DNA of 64,000 nt from contig OZ024741.1 of NCBI GenBank assembly GCA_964016885.1, forward strand, positions 276,582,001 through 276,646,000, given 5' to 3'. The notes under the pieces were generated by a model, which saw nothing but the letters and a program-made list of their open reading frames with translations, did no database searches and was not told where the DNA came from. The translations under genes and the position numbers were made by a program. Positions 61,923 to 64,000 of this stretch are shown here, piece after piece. Numbering within the stretch: position 1 is the stretch's first letter; each line of letters opens with the position of its first letter. The stretch is from Eledone cirrhosa (taxonomy: Eukaryota).

Positions 61923-64000
61923 CATGGAGAAAGAGACGATTATTAGGAAGAAAAATATATTTGTTTCCTTTTTTATTTCTTTCTCTCTTTTTTCTGGGTT
62001 AGAAAATGATTAAAACGAAATGTTTTATTTTGTGTGAAGTATTAAGGTATTAGTTGATTTATTTATTATTTAACAATGGCATTTATTTATCTATTTATAT
62101 ATTTAATAATTGTCTATTACCGGTTTCAGCATTTTTATGCATTATCAAATGATAGTGATATGTATTAGTGTGGTATCGCACATGTTAAAGAGAAGGTGCA
62201 GAAACAATAATGATATTTACAAACAAGGTTTATGAAGTGAAAAGAAAAAAGAAAAAAGAAAAAAGAAAAAAGAAAAAAGAAAAAAGAAAAAAGAAAAAAG
62301 AAAAAAAACGGGCGAAATGTTGAGCATAAAAAGTCAATGTGAAAGAAAAAATAATGTTATTTACAGGCATAGATCTTGAAGTTAAGCAGATCAAAATGCA
62401 TTAATATAGCAAGAGTGCTTAGTTGATCCATGATTCCATGATGGAGGCAAATGGTGGACTGAGGTTTGATATGATTTCCCTTTTTAGAGAGTTAATATGC
62501 AGGGGGAAGCAATTCTTGCTGGATGATATTTAATTTATTTAAGAAAAAGGATTAGGTAGGGTGTGAGGGAGGTAACTCTTGTAAATGTGTGATTGTTTGT
62601 TGCAGTTTTAGTTTGGTCCGATTTTTAATGCATTAAGTAGAGGTTGGAATTTGTTAATGAAATATGTTTCCTTATTGGTACGTTGGATGAAAGTAACGTT
62701 GTCTATGAATTTGTAAATGGGGAAAATGTTAAAGTTTGTATGTTGGTGTGTGCACAATTGGCAATATGTTCACTAAATGCAATCTTTCTGTATTCTTGTA
62801 TTTTAATTAGTGATTTATGGACGGTCATACGTTGACGGAGGCTGTTTTTTGTCTGTCCTATGTAGTGCTCTTGACAACCTGAGCAGGTCAAAACATAGAT
62901 TAGGTTTTCAGATGCACATGTAAAGTTGTGTTTAACTGTGAAATGTTGTCCTTGTTTAAAATGGAGTGTTGAACCTTCTATTAGATTTATGCATATGCCG
63001 CAGTTGGGCCTTCCGCATGTTGTTACTGTAGGGTTCATTGTGAGGGTTTGTTGGATTTTGGCTTGTGTGAGGATGTTTTTTATGGACTTAGATTGTCTTT
63101 TGCTCTTTATGATGTGTGTTTGGAGGATTTTATTCATTCTTGGGTCTCTTTTTAGTAAAGGAATGTTCTGGAGGATGGTGTCGAATGCCTCATTGTTGAG
63201 GAGGTTGTGTGTGGAGATGTATGGTAGAGTTTTTTGTTGCGGTTCATTTCTGGGTTTGGGGTGTCTAGTTTTAGGGCACGTTGGAATCCATTGTTGATTA
63301 GGGATGGTGGGTAGTTTCTGCTGATAAGTGTGTCTTTTAATTCTTCTAGTCGTGTGTAGCATGTGTATTTATCTGAAACTATTTTGCAGATCCTTCTGGC
63401 TAGGTTATAAGGAATTGCCATTTTGGTGTGTCTAGAGTGGCACGAGTTGAATGGGGGGGGGGGGGGGCATTGTTTGGAGTCTGTGGGTTTGTAGTATATG
63501 TCTGTTTCTATTTTGTTGCTTGTTTTCTTGATGTGGATGTCGAGGAAAGGGAGTTGTTCATGGCTGTAATCCATTGTGAATTGTAAGTTTGTGTTGAGTC
63601 CATTCAGAAGGGTTTTAAACTCAATCAGTCTATCTATACTTTCATGCCAGAGGATGAAGCAGTCGTCCAGATATCTCTTCCAGTTCTTTTCTATGTGTTG
63701 GTAGAAGTGGTTGCCGTATTTGTCTAGAACTTTGCGGTAGAGAGTGGTTTCCAAACATCCCATGACAAGGTTGGAGTATGAGGGGGCCACTTTCGTGCCC
63801 ATGGCAGTCCCAGATTTCTGTCTGTAGTATTTGGCATTGAATTCGAAGAAATTGCTTTCCAAGAGCAATTTGAGTGCCTCCAACACAAATTCGTTAGGGA
63901 TGCGCTGTGGGAGTTCCCTAGGGAAATTTTCAGGCCAAAATTGTATTGCCTCTATACCTAGGTTGTGTGGGATATTGGAATATAAATTGATGACATCAAA
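61915..64000 (-). mobile_element. Penelope-like retroelement (RT + Cys-rich linker + GIY-YIG, possibly Neptune-type), runs off the window
   Basis: GTAMGTKVAPSY, WKRYLDDCF, LPFLDI, TDIYYKPTD, CGRPNCGIC and NLIYVLTCSGCQEHYIGQT, with frameshifts. Hammerhead-like motif at 62114-62155; ends in (TA)n. Confidence 0.92.

Overview
AT-rich, microsatellite-dense animal genomic DNA. The repeat repertoire (tRNA-headed SINEs, RTE LINEs with (GAT)n tails, TA/CA microsatellites) suggests a mollusc, probably a coleoid cephalopod such as Octopus; this is an inference. The only host gene I can support is MGAT1 (GlcNAc-transferase I), of which seven coding exons splice in frame on the + strand from 1614 to 35734; its N-terminal exons lie upstream of the window. 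The rest is transposon-derived: a Helitron with Rep/Pif1 remnants plus two non-autonomous Helitrons, two DD37D (maT) Tc1/mariner copies, hAT and piggyBac-type MITEs, RTE, R4/Dong and Tx1-like LINE remnants, four Penelope-like (PLE) RT/GIY-YIG remnants, many SINEs and a 5S rRNA pseudogene. The most striking signal is invisible in the ORF track: more than a dozen type-I hammerhead ribozyme motifs found by manual folding. Many sit in short non-coding fold-back elements embedded in (TA)n tracts, and three carry the compensatory U3:A8 core variant. Many of these TA-flanked elements also share a TYGAGTRCT motif about 40-70 nt before their 3' ends. All folds are by eye and activity is untested. Repeat boundaries are approximate.
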